36,068 bases of DNA from a bacterium (GCA_044869275.1 JBIOXB010000181.1:1-36068), one strand, 5' to 3'; counted from the stretch's first letter, positions 8,601-18,332 are shown. Notes: a model not told the origin generated them from the sequence alone. Numbers and translations: made by a program.

Positions 8601-10874
8601 TCACGGCGTGATCAATCTTTCCAATGCTTCCAGCTTCAACCGTGCCTGCTTGCGATATTCCCGTGCTTGCGCGTGGCTGGGGTTGAGTGCGAGCGCGTTG
8701 TCCCATTCGCGCATGGCGTTGTCGTAATCTTCGTTGGCGTAATAGCTCAAGCCGCGATTGAAGTATTGCTCGACGCGCAAATTGAGCTGGCGCTGCGCCT
8801 GATCGAGATATTTCTTGGCCTGGGCGTTGTCGGGGTCTTGCGCCAGTACGCGATCGAACATTTCCATGGCGCTTACGAATTGCCCGCGATTGTAATAGGC
8901 TTCGCCTTGCTCGAGCAGTCCTTTCAAGCCGGTCAGGGACAGCGCTTCGTTGCGTTTGCGGCTGGCGAGCTTGTTGCTGGGATCGATTTCCAGCACGCGC
9001 TCGAACGCGGTCACCGCGCGCAGCCATTCTCTGGCCTCGAACAGGGCCATGGCGTTGCGCATGTGGCCTTCGACGCGGCTGCGCCTGTTTTCTTCGATGC
9101 GCTGGCGGTAGCTTTTCGCACCGGGGTGGTTGGGCATCATCGCCAGAATGGCTTGGAATTCGCGGTCCGCACGTTCATAGTCGCCGCGCAAGAAGGCGCG
9201 CTCGCCGGCATTCATTTTTTCTCCGGCGAAATTATCGATGGTTGCTTGCAAGCCGCGCATCTTGCCGCGGGCTTCGGCATGATTCGGCTCCAGATCCAAA
9301 ACCTGGCGGTAGAGCTTGTAGGCGTTGAGATATTGCTCGCGCCGCTCCAGGCGCTGCGCCTCGGCCATCATGCGGTTGATCTTGAGTGCTTGCTGTTCCA
9401 GCTCCGCTTGGGTTTTTTCCAGATAACTTTGCGCCTCGGCGTGCTGCGGCGCAAAGCGCAGCGCTTCTTCAAAAGCCTCTTGCGCCTTCTGGAAATTGCT
9501 CTGGCTGAAATAACCCAGCCCGCGCAGAAACAACTCATGCGCCTGCTCCTGGCGATAATCCGCCAGTAGTTCCAAATATCTTTCCGCTTCCGCGTGATTT
9601 TTGCGCACCAGCAGAATGTTCTCGAAAGCACGCTGCGCCAAGTCGTAATGGCCTTCTTCGTAGGCCTGCACGCCACGCGTATAGAGCTGGTTGGCGTAAA
9701 CATCGATGCGCGGCTCGAGCACTTCCAGGCGCTGGCGCGCGCGGCGATTGTTGCGCTCCAGTTTGAGCACGTTCAAATAGTCGATGGCGGCGCCGAGGTA
9801 CTCCAGTCTCTTTTCCAGCGAATCCGCCTCCGCCAGCAACAGGCGCACGCGCCGGTTTTCCTGCTCCACTTTGACGGCAAGACCGTTCAGCAATTCTTCG
9901 GCCTTTTGATGGTGAGGCTCATAGACGCGATACCGCCGCAGCTCGGCGTAGGCCGTGCGAAAATCTTTTGATTTCGCCAGACTCACGCCGTGCGAGAAAT
10001 GACCTCGCGCGCGCTCCGTGGCGCTGGCGCCCAGGCGCATGGTCAGGCCGCCCCAAAAGTGCCGGTCCGCATGCGAGTACGCGAAGTCAAAAGCATACCC
10101 CTCTCCCAGCAGCGAGGCGCCAAAAGCAGTGCGCTTGGCGCTGAAATCTTGCATGCCGGCGGTCACCGCCAGGCGGGAGAAGGCATAAGCCAAGCCGAGA
10201 TGGTTCGAAGTCTCGTCGCTCTGCCATTCCTGGGTCAGGAAAAGTGAAGGCCCGCGAGCTTGCGTGCGCAGCGCCAAACCGGCTTTGTAATAGCGTTGCA
10301 AGTTCCCCTGGTTGAGCGGCACATCGCTCGCCTGGAAGCTCAACGCGAAGCGATACGGCGAAAGCGGCGCGCCAAAATTGGAGGTGGCGGCCATTTCTTC
10401 GGAAACGGCCAGGCGGCCGCCCCCGGGATGTACGATCAAGCCCAATGAAGTCGTGGCGAAGCTTTGTTGCGACAGACGATTGCCGTGAAGCGTGACACCG
10501 GCCGACAGATAACGAGTGAGGCCGAGACCCCATCCCAAGCTCAAGCGCCGCAGCTCCTCGTTCCCGAAAGGAACGCGTGACCAGTTCAAGCCCCAGCCGC
10601 CGGCTTGCGGCCAAAAACCCGCGATACCCACCGTGGAAACCTTAAAATCGTGGTCCGGGTTGATTAAGAAACGATGCTCGCGCAGCGCGCCGAGTAAAGC
10701 GGGATGCCAGACCGCAACGAACGGATCGGGCGCCGCAATGGCATGCGCGCCGCCCAGGCCGATCGCGCGCACGGACAGCGCTTCATTTTGAAAAAGCGTC
10801 TGCGCCGTCAAGGCCGTGGCCCAGCCGGCGGCGCCGAGGATTAAATGGAAAATCTGAAGACGAAGCTTGCGCAT
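8601..10874 (-). CDS. Secreted/outer-membrane protein: PorV/PorQ-like beta-barrel N-terminus plus TPR C-terminus (757 aa)
   Basis: Signal peptide; SVRAIGLGGA...VWHPALL motif; alternating beta-strands to about aa 285; then about 450 aa of TPRs (LEIDPSN, LAQDPDN, LALNPSH). Confidence 0.8.
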   Translation of the reverse strand: MRKLRLQIFHLILGAAGWATALTAQTLFQNEALSVRAIGLGGAHAIAAPDPFVAVWHPALLGALREHRFLINPDHDFKVSTVGIAGFWPQAGGWGLNWSRVPFGNEELRRLSLGWGLGLTRYLSAGVTLHGNRLSQQSFATTSLGLIVHPGGGRLAVSEEMAATSNFGAPLSPYRFALSFQASDVPLNQGNLQRYYKAGLALRTQARGPSLFLTQEWQSDETSNHLGLAYAFSRLAVTAGMQDFSAKRTAFGASLLGEGYAFDFAYSHADRHFWGGLTMRLGASATERARGHFSHGVSLAKSKDFRTAYAELRRYRVYEPHHQKAEELLNGLAVKVEQENRRVRLLLAEADSLEKRLEYLGAAIDYLNVLKLERNNRRARQRLEVLEPRIDVYANQLYTRGVQAYEEGHYDLAQRAFENILLVRKNHAEAERYLELLADYRQEQAHELFLRGLGYFSQSNFQKAQEAFEEALRFAPQHAEAQSYLEKTQAELEQQALKINRMMAEAQRLERREQYLNAYKLYRQVLDLEPNHAEARGKMRGLQATIDNFAGEKMNAGERAFLRGDYERADREFQAILAMMPNHPGAKSYRQRIEENRRSRVEGHMRNAMALFEAREWLRAVTAFERVLEIDPSNKLASRKRNEALSLTGLKGLLEQGEAYYNRGQFVSAMEMFDRVLAQDPDNAQAKKYLDQAQRQLNLRVEQYFNRGLSYYANEDYDNAMREWDNALALNPSHAQAREYRKQARLKLEALERLITP

Positions 10875-10910
10875 GTTCCCGTTCTCGTTTTTCAGTCTTC
10901 GTTTTTGGCT

Positions 10911-12350
10911 TCAATCATTGGCGTAGTCGATCTCGCTGATCTCCACCGGTTTGCTGCGGCCCTTGACCATGATGGAATCGAGGCGCGTGATGTGATAATC
11001 GCCGTTCAATTGGCGCGCGAACGCGGCTTCGGCGATGATCTGCCCGCTGCGCGCCAGGCTGCACAGGCGGTTGGCGATATTCACCACGTCGCCGATGACG
11101 GTGTAATCCATGCGGTTTTTCGAGCCCATGTTGCCCATGACCGCCAGGCCGTTGTTGAGACCGATGCCCAATTCGAAAGTGATTTCACCGGCGGCCTCGC
11201 GCCGGCGGTTGAGCTCCTTTACCGCGCGTTGGATTTCGACCGCGGCGCCCACGGTGTTTTCGATCATGCGCGGTCCCTGGAAAATCGCCATGATTTGGTC
11301 GCCCATGAATTTATCGACCACGCCGCCGTGGGCTTCGATGATGTGCGTTTGCAGATCGAAATAGACGTTGATGAGATTGATGATCTGCTCCGGCTCGCAG
11401 TCTTCCGCGATCGCAGAGAAATTGCGAATGTCGGAGAACAAAATGGTAACGTGGCGCCGGTCGCCCTCGTAAGGCTCGACCCGGCCGCCGCCGCGCTCCT
11501 GGATCATCTCGACGGTGAGCTTGGAAAGAAACTTTTGCATTTGCAGCTTTTCGCGCAGATGCGTGACCATGCGGTTGAATTCCAGCGCGAGCCGGCCGAG
11601 CTCGTCTTTGCTGCGCGGTTTGACGTGCACCTCCAGGTTGCCGCTGCCCACCTCGCGCGCCGCATGCGAGAGTGCGTGAATCTCATCCACCATTTTTTGC
11701 GCGAAAAAATATATGATCCAAACCGAGGCGACCATCACCAGCGCCGCCATGGTCAGGATCAGCCGCTTGGTGCGCGCCGTCGGCTCCAGCAGCACCTCTT
11801 TTGAAAATCCGATGCAGGCCAGGCCCAAGAGCCCTTTTTGCCCGGTGGCGGGGAGCTTGGCCATGATCGGATAGCTGAATTCGTAAAAGGAATCGTTTTG
11901 CTGCAGGCTCACTTCTTCCTGCCGCACCAATTCTGCCAGGGTTTCCGCACGTATGGGAAGCTTGAAGCGTTCCTCGTCCGAGGCGCCGATCACCTGGCCG
12001 TTGCGATCGAAGACTACGATGTACTCCAAGCCGTTGATGCCCATTTGCATGGTCTGCTGCACCTGCAGCTTGACTTCGGTCAGAACGTCGGGATTGTTCA
12101 CACTCAGGAGCATGGGGCCATGCACGCTCTGGCTGAGTTTTTTGAGCAGAACCGTGCAGGTGTTGCGCGTCGCTTCCTCCAGCTCATGGTGCTGAATGGG
12201 CAGGATCAGCGCGCTGAAAATGACGATCACCATCACCACGATGATGGCGATGTTGATGCTGAGCTTGAATTTGATCTCGAGCCCGCTGAAAAAATCAACC
12301 GCTTTTTGATAAGCGAGCTGCGCTCGGTGGCGAAGCTTTTGGAGAAACAT
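10911..12350 (-). CDS. Membrane-bound class III adenylyl cyclase with periplasmic sensor and HAMP domain
   Basis: TM-periplasmic-TM; HAMP DELGRLALEFNRM; LFSDIRNFS, DKFMGD, GIGLNNG, DYTVIGDVVNIANRL. Confidence 0.93.
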   Translation of the reverse strand: MFLQKLRHRAQLAYQKAVDFFSGLEIKFKLSINIAIIVVMVIVIFSALILPIQHHELEEATRNTCTVLLKKLSQSVHGPMLLSVNNPDVLTEVKLQVQQTMQMGINGLEYIVVFDRNGQVIGASDEERFKLPIRAETLAELVRQEEVSLQQNDSFYEFSYPIMAKLPATGQKGLLGLACIGFSKEVLLEPTARTKRLILTMAALVMVASVWIIYFFAQKMVDEIHALSHAAREVGSGNLEVHVKPRSKDELGRLALEFNRMVTHLREKLQMQKFLSKLTVEMIQERGGGRVEPYEGDRRHVTILFSDIRNFSAIAEDCEPEQIINLINVYFDLQTHIIEAHGGVVDKFMGDQIMAIFQGPRMIENTVGAAVEIQRAVKELNRRREAAGEITFELGIGLNNGLAVMGNMGSKNRMDYTVIGDVVNIANRLCSLARSGQIIAEAAFARQLNGDYHITRLDSIMVKGRSKPVEISEIDYAND

Positions 12351-12631
12351 CTCTATGCTTGGCGTGTGGTCATGAAACTAGAAGGGAAATGGGGTCGCCG
12401 GAAAAAAGAATTCCCCGGTTGGGGGGATACGCAAGCTAACCTCATTTAAAAATTGTTGCATCAAAGTAACCAAATCGGCTTAAAGAGTCAAGCACGATTT
12501 CGGCGGCACCTTCTCCGTTGTCGCAGAAATGTTTCACCATAGGAGTTTTTACTGTTGAAAACGAGGGCGGCTCAGATTATATTGCCGGTCATGAAATCCG
12601 GCCTCGTTATTGTCAGCTCCGCATGACGCCT

Positions 12632-13630
12632 ATGATGCAATTTACTCACGAACGTTTGCGTGCGCGCCTGTCCGCCATGCAGGGCAAGCGTATCGCCGTC
12701 ATTGGGGATTATATGCTCGATCGTTATTTTTGGGGGACGGTTACACGCATTTCGCCGGAAGCGCCGGTGCCGATCGTGGAAATCGAGCGCGAGACCGAAC
12801 AGCTCGGCGGAGCGGCGAACGTGGCGAACAATCTGGCCTCACTCGGCCTCCACGCCTACCCTCTGGGCGTGGTGGGAGATGACGGCTCGGGCGCACGCTT
12901 GATTGGTTTGATGCGCGAAAGCGGCTTTATGACCGAAGGCGTTTTGCGCGACGCCTCGCGGCCCACGACCATCAAAACGCGCGTGATCGCGCACGACCAG
13001 CACGTGGTGCGCACCGATCGTGAATCGCGCGCGGATTTGCGCGCGGATCTGCAGGAGCGCCTGCTATTGTGCCTGCGTGAATTGCTGCCCTCATTGAGCG
13101 CGTTGGTCATTGAAGATTACAACAAAGGCGTGGTGGTGCAGCCCTTGCTTTCGCAAGTGATTGCGCTGGCCCGGCAACACGATTGCCCGGTCACCGTCGA
13201 TCCCAAGATCAACCACTTTTTTGATTATCAACAGGTTTCCGTGTTCAAGCCCAATCGCAAAGAAACCGAGGCGGCTTTGGGTTTCAAAATGCCAGCGCCG
13301 GAAGACGTCTCGCGCGCGGGCGCGCAGCTTCTGCAAAAACTAAACGCACAAAATGTCTTGATCACGCTGGGCGCGGAAGGCATGGCGTTGTTCGAAAAAA
13401 ACGGGACGGTGCACCGCATTCCCACGCGCGCGTTGCGCGTGCACGACGTTTCCGGCGCTGGCGATACGGTGATTGCCACGCTCACCGCCGCCCTCGCCGC
13501 CGGCGCGGATATCGTCGAAGCGGCGACACTGGCCAATTATGCTGCGGGCGTGGTGGTCGGTGAAGTCGGCGCCGTGCCCATCGACAAGCAAAAGCTCATC
13601 GCCGCTATTGCTGAAGATCAGCAGTGGTAA
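12632..13630 (+). CDS. rfaE1: D-glycero-beta-D-manno-heptose-7-phosphate kinase (RfaE domain I)
   Basis: GDYMLDRY, RISPEAPVP, GGAANVA, DYNKG, KPN, DVSGAGDT; start approximate. Confidence 0.94.
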   Translation: MMQFTHERLRARLSAMQGKRIAVIGDYMLDRYFWGTVTRISPEAPVPIVEIERETEQLGGAANVANNLASLGLHAYPLGVVGDDGSGARLIGLMRESGFMTEGVLRDASRPTTIKTRVIAHDQHVVRTDRESRADLRADLQERLLLCLRELLPSLSALVIEDYNKGVVVQPLLSQVIALARQHDCPVTVDPKINHFFDYQQVSVFKPNRKETEAALGFKMPAPEDVSRAGAQLLQKLNAQNVLITLGAEGMALFEKNGTVHRIPTRALRVHDVSGAGDTVIATLTAALAAGADIVEAATLANYAAGVVVGEVGAVPIDKQKLIAAIAEDQQW

Positions 13631-13633
13631 AAA

Positions 13634-13744
13634 GATTGGATAATTGGATTGAGGGATGACTGGATTGATGAAATTTAGTACGAGACAAATTCATCGATCG
13701 ACCAATCCATTCATCCAGAAATCCATCGATCCAGCCATCCAAAT
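13634..13744. repeat. 8-bp periodic inverted-repeat hairpin (same family as 1863-2002)
   Basis: GGAT at 13638, 13646, 13654, 13662; ATCC at 13705, 13713, 13721, 13729, 13737. Confidence 0.85.
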
Positions 13745-13757
13745 CGCATCAAGGATT

Positions 13758-14240
13758 ATGGGACAGATCGTCGAGTTAGAAGAGTTGCTCGCCTTGCGCC
13801 GCCAATGGCGGGCAGAAGGTTTGCATGCCGCTTTCACCAACGGCGTGTTCGATATCTTGCATCGCGGGCACGTGGAATATCTGCAGAAGGCGCGCGCGCT
13901 GGGCGATCTGTTGGTGGTGGGATTGAATAGCGATGATTCCGTGCAGCGTTTGAAAGGTGAGGGCCGGCCCATCGTGCCACAGGAAGATCGCGCCGTGATC
14001 CTGGCCGCGCTGCGCTGCGTCGATTACGTCGTCTTTTTCGCCGAAGACACGCCCGCCAATCTTATCCGCGCCCTGCAACCCGACGTTTTGGTTAAAGGCG
14101 CGGACTATCAAATTGAAGAAATCGTGGGGCACGAGGTCGTGCAGGCCGCCGGCGGCAAAGTCGCCCGCATTCCGCTGACCACGGGCCGGGCCACGCGCGA
14201 CGTGATCGCCACGATTTTGCAGAGATTTAGCAAAGCATAA
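13758..14240 (+). CDS. rfaE2: D-glycero-beta-D-manno-heptose-1-phosphate adenylyltransferase (RfaE domain II)
   Basis: FTNGVFDILHRGH, GLNSDDSV, KGEGRP, LVKGADY; AAGGA RBS. Confidence 0.95.
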   Translation: MGQIVELEELLALRRQWRAEGLHAAFTNGVFDILHRGHVEYLQKARALGDLLVVGLNSDDSVQRLKGEGRPIVPQEDRAVILAALRCVDYVVFFAEDTPANLIRALQPDVLVKGADYQIEEIVGHEVVQAAGGKVARIPLTTGRATRDVIATILQRFSKA

Positions 14241-14243
14241 AAA

Positions 14244-15326
14244 ATGATGGTGACGCCTACCATGCCCCTGCGTTTCAAAAAGTGGCTGCCTATTTTCGGA
14301 GCATGGCTCACGGCGGGGCTATTGTTCTCCGCACAGTCCTATTATTACCGCGCCAGCATCGGCCAGGAAGTGTCGTGGTGGGGCATCTTGAGTTATGACG
14401 CTTCTTATTTCGTTTTGTGGTTCTTTTTCACGCCGTGGCTGCTGTGGCTGGGCACGAATCTTTACCTCGACCGCATCCAAGATTTGCCGCGCGTGGCGAA
14501 ACACGTGGTGATCGGAATCGCCACGGCGGTTGCCCATCGCGCGCTTTATGATTTGATCTTCATGCCGCTGCGCCAAACGCCGCAACGTCCCTTCACCTGG
14601 GAAAGGTTTTATTATTCCGTCATCGGTTCATTTGATTACGGCGTGCTGGTCTATTGCGTGGCGATGCTGGTCATTCATGCCCTCGCCTACTATCGCGGCT
14701 TGCAGCAGGAACAGGTGCGCAATTCGCGATTGCAGGCCGAGCTCGCGACGGCGCAGTTGCTGGCGCTGCGCATGCAACTGCATCCGCACTTTTTATTCAA
14801 CACCCTCAACACCATCGCCATTTTAATCAAACAGGATACGGACCGGGCGCTGCTGATGGTGGAAGCGCTGGGCGATCTGCTGCGCCAGGCTTTGAAAAAC
14901 CAGCGCGAGCAGGAAGTTCCCTTGCAGCAGGAGTTGGAGTTCTTGCAGCATTATCTGCAGATCGAAAGCATACGCTTCGGCGATCGCCTGCAGGTGCAGA
15001 TGAACATCGCGCCGGAAACCCTGGCCGCGCGCGTGCCGCGCTTGATTTTGCAGCCGCTCGCTGAGAACGCCATCCGCCACGGCATTGCGAAACGCCGGCG
15101 GCCGGGCGTGATCGAGATCTCGGCCGCGCGGCAAAACGGCGAATTGCAATTGCGCGTGCGCGACAACGGCGACGGACCCGAGCTGCACCAGGGCGGCGCG
15201 GGTATTGGCTTATCCAACACCCGTGCACGTCTGCAAACATTGTATGGCGCGCGCGCGCGCTTCGAGCTGGCACGCGGAGACAGCGGCGGCGCTGTGGCGA
15301 CGATGGTGATTCCCTGGCAGGCGTAA
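14244..15326 (+). CDS. LytS/YehU-family sensor histidine kinase
   Basis: N-terminal TM domain; QLHPHFLFNTLN, IESIRFGDRL, LQPLAENAIRHG, DNG, GIGLSN. Confidence 0.94.
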   Translation: MMVTPTMPLRFKKWLPIFGAWLTAGLLFSAQSYYYRASIGQEVSWWGILSYDASYFVLWFFFTPWLLWLGTNLYLDRIQDLPRVAKHVVIGIATAVAHRALYDLIFMPLRQTPQRPFTWERFYYSVIGSFDYGVLVYCVAMLVIHALAYYRGLQQEQVRNSRLQAELATAQLLALRMQLHPHFLFNTLNTIAILIKQDTDRALLMVEALGDLLRQALKNQREQEVPLQQELEFLQHYLQIESIRFGDRLQVQMNIAPETLAARVPRLILQPLAENAIRHGIAKRRRPGVIEISAARQNGELQLRVRDNGDGPELHQGGAGIGLSNTRARLQTLYGARARFELARGDSGGAVATMVIPWQA

Positions 15327-15374
15327 ATCATGTCTGTGGCGAGTTTTAATGGCAGATAACTGGAAATCGCTCAC

Positions 15375-16139
15375 ATGCTGCGAACCTTGATCGTTGACGA
15401 CGAGCCCATTGCCCGGCAAGGCTTGCGCGCTATGTTGTCGGGCGAGCCCGGCGTCGAAATCGTGGGTGAATGCGGTGACGGCTTGCAAGCCGTCACAGAG
15501 ATCGAAAGCAAATCCCCGGATTTGGTCTTGCTCGATATTCAAATGCCGGAGCTCGATGGCTTTGGCGTGATCGAAACTCTCCGGAAAAACCGCTTGCCGG
15601 TATTCATTTTTATCACGGCTTATGATGAATTCGCACTGCGCGCCTTTGAGGCGCATGCACTCGATTATTTGTTGAAACCGGTGAAGGCCGAGGCCTTTCG
15701 CTTCGCGCTGCAGCGCGCACGCGCTTTGTTGCAAGCGGAACAAAGCTCCGGCTTTGAGCACAAGCTCGCGGCTTTATTGCACGATTTGCCCAAGCGCCAA
15801 AGGTATCTCGAGCGTTTTGTCATTAAGTCGATGGGCCGGGTGGATTTGATCAAAGCCGTGGAAGTCGATTGGCTCGAAGCCGAAGGCGATTATGTCCGTC
15901 TGCATCATCACGGCAAGAGGGATCTGCTGCGCGCCAAAATCGGCGAGCTGGAAGCGCAATTGAATCCCCGGCAATTTGTGCGCATTCACCGCTCCATCAT
16001 TGTGCGCATGGAGGCGATCAAAACCATGCAAGCCGCCACCAACGGCGATTATCTCGTCTTTTTGAAAAATGGCCCAAGGTTGAATTTGAGCCGGAATTAC
16101 CGCGAGCAGGTTCTGCAGCGTCTGCAAGCCGGCCTCTGA
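15375..16139 (+). CDS. LytTR-family response regulator
   Basis: IVDDE, LDIQMP, TAYDEFAL, DYLLKP; LytTR domain FVRIHRS, LSRNY. Confidence 0.95.
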   Translation: MLRTLIVDDEPIARQGLRAMLSGEPGVEIVGECGDGLQAVTEIESKSPDLVLLDIQMPELDGFGVIETLRKNRLPVFIFITAYDEFALRAFEAHALDYLLKPVKAEAFRFALQRARALLQAEQSSGFEHKLAALLHDLPKRQRYLERFVIKSMGRVDLIKAVEVDWLEAEGDYVRLHHHGKRDLLRAKIGELEAQLNPRQFVRIHRSIIVRMEAIKTMQAATNGDYLVFLKNGPRLNLSRNYREQVLQRLQAGL

Positions 16140-16145
16140 GCCCCG

Positions 16146-16197
16146 CGCTTCGTCGTTTTCCCGCGCCCGTTCATCGCTATACGCCCCCCATTGGCCG
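16146..16197 (+). promoter_or_regulatory. Three phased LytTR-type binding boxes
   Basis: CGCTTCGTCG (16146), CCGTTCATCG (16167), CCATTGGCCG (16188): exact 21-bp period; resembles the AlgR site CCGTTCGTC. Confidence 0.7.
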
Positions 16198-16237
16198 CAA
16201 CCGTCTTTGAATTCTTGCCTCCTTTGATTAATACTAT

Positions 16238-16377
16238 AACGTTAAGTTCACATTTTTGCACTAAAAACTGCACTGTCATCCCGAAGCTTCGGGATCTTCC
16301 CAGGCTTTGGTGCAGGCTTCTTGGGAAGATTCCTCCGGAATGACAAAGAATGAGGGCTTTGGGACCAACTTAACATT
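16238..16377. mobile_element. MITE/REP-like element, about 140 bp
   Basis: Terminal IR AACGTTAAGTT / AACTTAACATT (10 of 11); internal TGTCAT...ATGACA structure (16274-16345) with perfect 18-bp palindrome ATCCCGAAGCTTCGGGAT. Confidence 0.6.
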
Positions 16378-16466
16378 GTCAAGTTAATCACAAGCAGCTA
16401 TTCCGGTTGGATAAAAGCTCAGAGTAAGATTCTGAAGAGCGTTCATAAAACCAAGGAGCAGAAACT

Positions 16467-18299
16467 ATGTTTCCGAAGTTTCTCGGCTTTGCGCCGGTGT
16501 TGGCGGTTATACTAATCGCCAATGCGCCGTTACACGGCCAAACTTTTACGAAGGTCACCGCCGGCGCGTTGGTGAGCGACACCGGTGCGTGGCGCAGCGT
16601 GAATTGGGTGGATTATGACACCGACGGCGATCTCGATCTTTTTGTCACCAGCGGTTTGCGTGCGGCCCGCAGCAATTTGCTCTTTCGCAACGACGGTTCG
16701 CCGAATTTCAGTTTCACCAAAATTACCGAGGGCCTGATCGTGAACACCCCCAATCGTGGCGTGGGCAGCAGTTGGGGCGACTATGACAACGACGGCGACC
16801 TTGATGCCGTGATCACGACGTGGTACGGCGACACCAACCCGTTTTTCGAAAACAACGGCAACGGTGTGTTCACGCGCCTCACCACCGGCAGCGTGGCAAC
16901 CGATGGAAGTTTTTCCGAAGCGTGCGCCTGGGGCGATTATGACAACGACGGCGATTTGGACTTGTATGTTTCCAACAGCGGCGACGTCAACGCTACCGGA
17001 CCGCAGCGCAATTTTCTTTACCAAAACAACGGCAATAAAACCTTCACCAAAATCACCACCGGCGCCCTGGTCACGGATTTAAAATATTCCCGCGGTGTGA
17101 ATTGGGTCGACTACGATGACGACGGCGATCTCGATATGTTCGTGGCCAATGAAGAGAATCAAACGGACGACCTCTATCGCAATCAACTCAAAGAAACCGG
17201 TACGGCTAACTTCGACAAAGTCACCACCGGCAGTGTCGTCAGCGACCGCATCTCCTCCTGGAGCGGCAGTTGGGGCGATTATGACAATGACGGCGATCTC
17301 GACCTGTTCGTCGCAAGTTGGGGCAATGTGAATAATGCGCTACATCGCAACGACGGCAACGGCGCTTTTTCAAAGATCACGGCAGGTGTCATGGTGAATG
17401 ACGGCGGCTATTCGGCAAGTAGCGGCTGGGGCGATTATGATAACGACGGCGATCTCGATCTGTACGTCACCAATGCATATGGGCCGGGACAATTACGCAA
17501 TTTTTTGTATCGCAATCTGCTCATGGACTCGGACACGCTCGCGTTTGAAAAAATGACCACCGGGCCGGCGGTTACAGATCAAGGCCATTCCTATGGCTTC
17601 AGTTGGGCTGATCATGACAACGACGGCGATCTCGATTTATTCGTCGCGCGCACGCAGAATGAAAATCAGAACAATGCTTTTTATGTGAATGACGGCGGCA
17701 ATCAAAAGTCCTGGCTGGAATTGATTGGCGCTGGTACGAGCTCCAACAAATCCGCCATTGGCGCGAAAGTTCGCGTGAAGGCGACGATCAATGGCAAAGC
17801 CCTCTGGCAGCGCCGCGATATTGCCGGACAGGAGGGCTATTGCGGCCAAAACTTGCGCCTGCACTTCGGCCTGGGTGATGCGGCCATGATCGACTCTTTG
17901 ATAGTAGCGTGGCCCTCCGGAAAAATCGAAGTGCTGACGCAGGTGGCGGCGCGTCAAATTTTGAAATTGAGCGAAGGCAATAATCCCTCACGCGTCAAGG
18001 ATCAAAACGGCACGGCACCGCAAGGTTTCAAGCTCAATCAAAATTATCCGAACCCCTTCAACCCCACCACGCAAATCGAATTCGCTTTGCCCTCTGCCGA
18101 GCGCGTGATTCTGCGCGTTTATGATCTTATTGGCACTGAAGTCCAAACTTTGGTTGAAGGCATTGCGCCTGCCGGCCAGTATGCGGTCACCTGGGACGGC
18201 ACCAATCGCCTCGGGCGGCGCGTCACTTCCGGAGTCTATTTTTGTCATATGCGCGCGGGTGAGTTTCAACAAACGCGCAGGATGCTGTTGATGGAATGA
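16467..18299 (+). CDS. Secreted FG-GAP/VCBS (CRTAC1-like) propeller plus ASPIC/UnbV plus T9SS-type C-terminal domain
   Basis: Signal peptide; seven DxDxDGDLD repeats; SNKSAIGAKV...LHFGLG...WPSG; QNYPNPFNP CTD; AAGGAG RBS. Confidence 0.92.
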   Translation: MFPKFLGFAPVLAVILIANAPLHGQTFTKVTAGALVSDTGAWRSVNWVDYDTDGDLDLFVTSGLRAARSNLLFRNDGSPNFSFTKITEGLIVNTPNRGVGSSWGDYDNDGDLDAVITTWYGDTNPFFENNGNGVFTRLTTGSVATDGSFSEACAWGDYDNDGDLDLYVSNSGDVNATGPQRNFLYQNNGNKTFTKITTGALVTDLKYSRGVNWVDYDDDGDLDMFVANEENQTDDLYRNQLKETGTANFDKVTTGSVVSDRISSWSGSWGDYDNDGDLDLFVASWGNVNNALHRNDGNGAFSKITAGVMVNDGGYSASSGWGDYDNDGDLDLYVTNAYGPGQLRNFLYRNLLMDSDTLAFEKMTTGPAVTDQGHSYGFSWADHDNDGDLDLFVARTQNENQNNAFYVNDGGNQKSWLELIGAGTSSNKSAIGAKVRVKATINGKALWQRRDIAGQEGYCGQNLRLHFGLGDAAMIDSLIVAWPSGKIEVLTQVAARQILKLSEGNNPSRVKDQNGTAPQGFKLNQNYPNPFNPTTQIEFALPSAERVILRVYDLIGTEVQTLVEGIAPAGQYAVTWDGTNRLGRRVTSGVYFCHMRAGEFQQTRRMLLME

Positions 18300-18305
18300 A
18301 ACGCA

Positions 18306-18332
18306 TGACCGGTCGCTCACCACGACCGGTCA
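18306..18332 (+). terminator. Hairpin after the FG-GAP gene (possible terminator or REP-like)
   Basis: TGACCGGTCG-7 nt-CGACCGGTCA perfect 10-bp stem; no clear U-tract. Confidence 0.4.
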
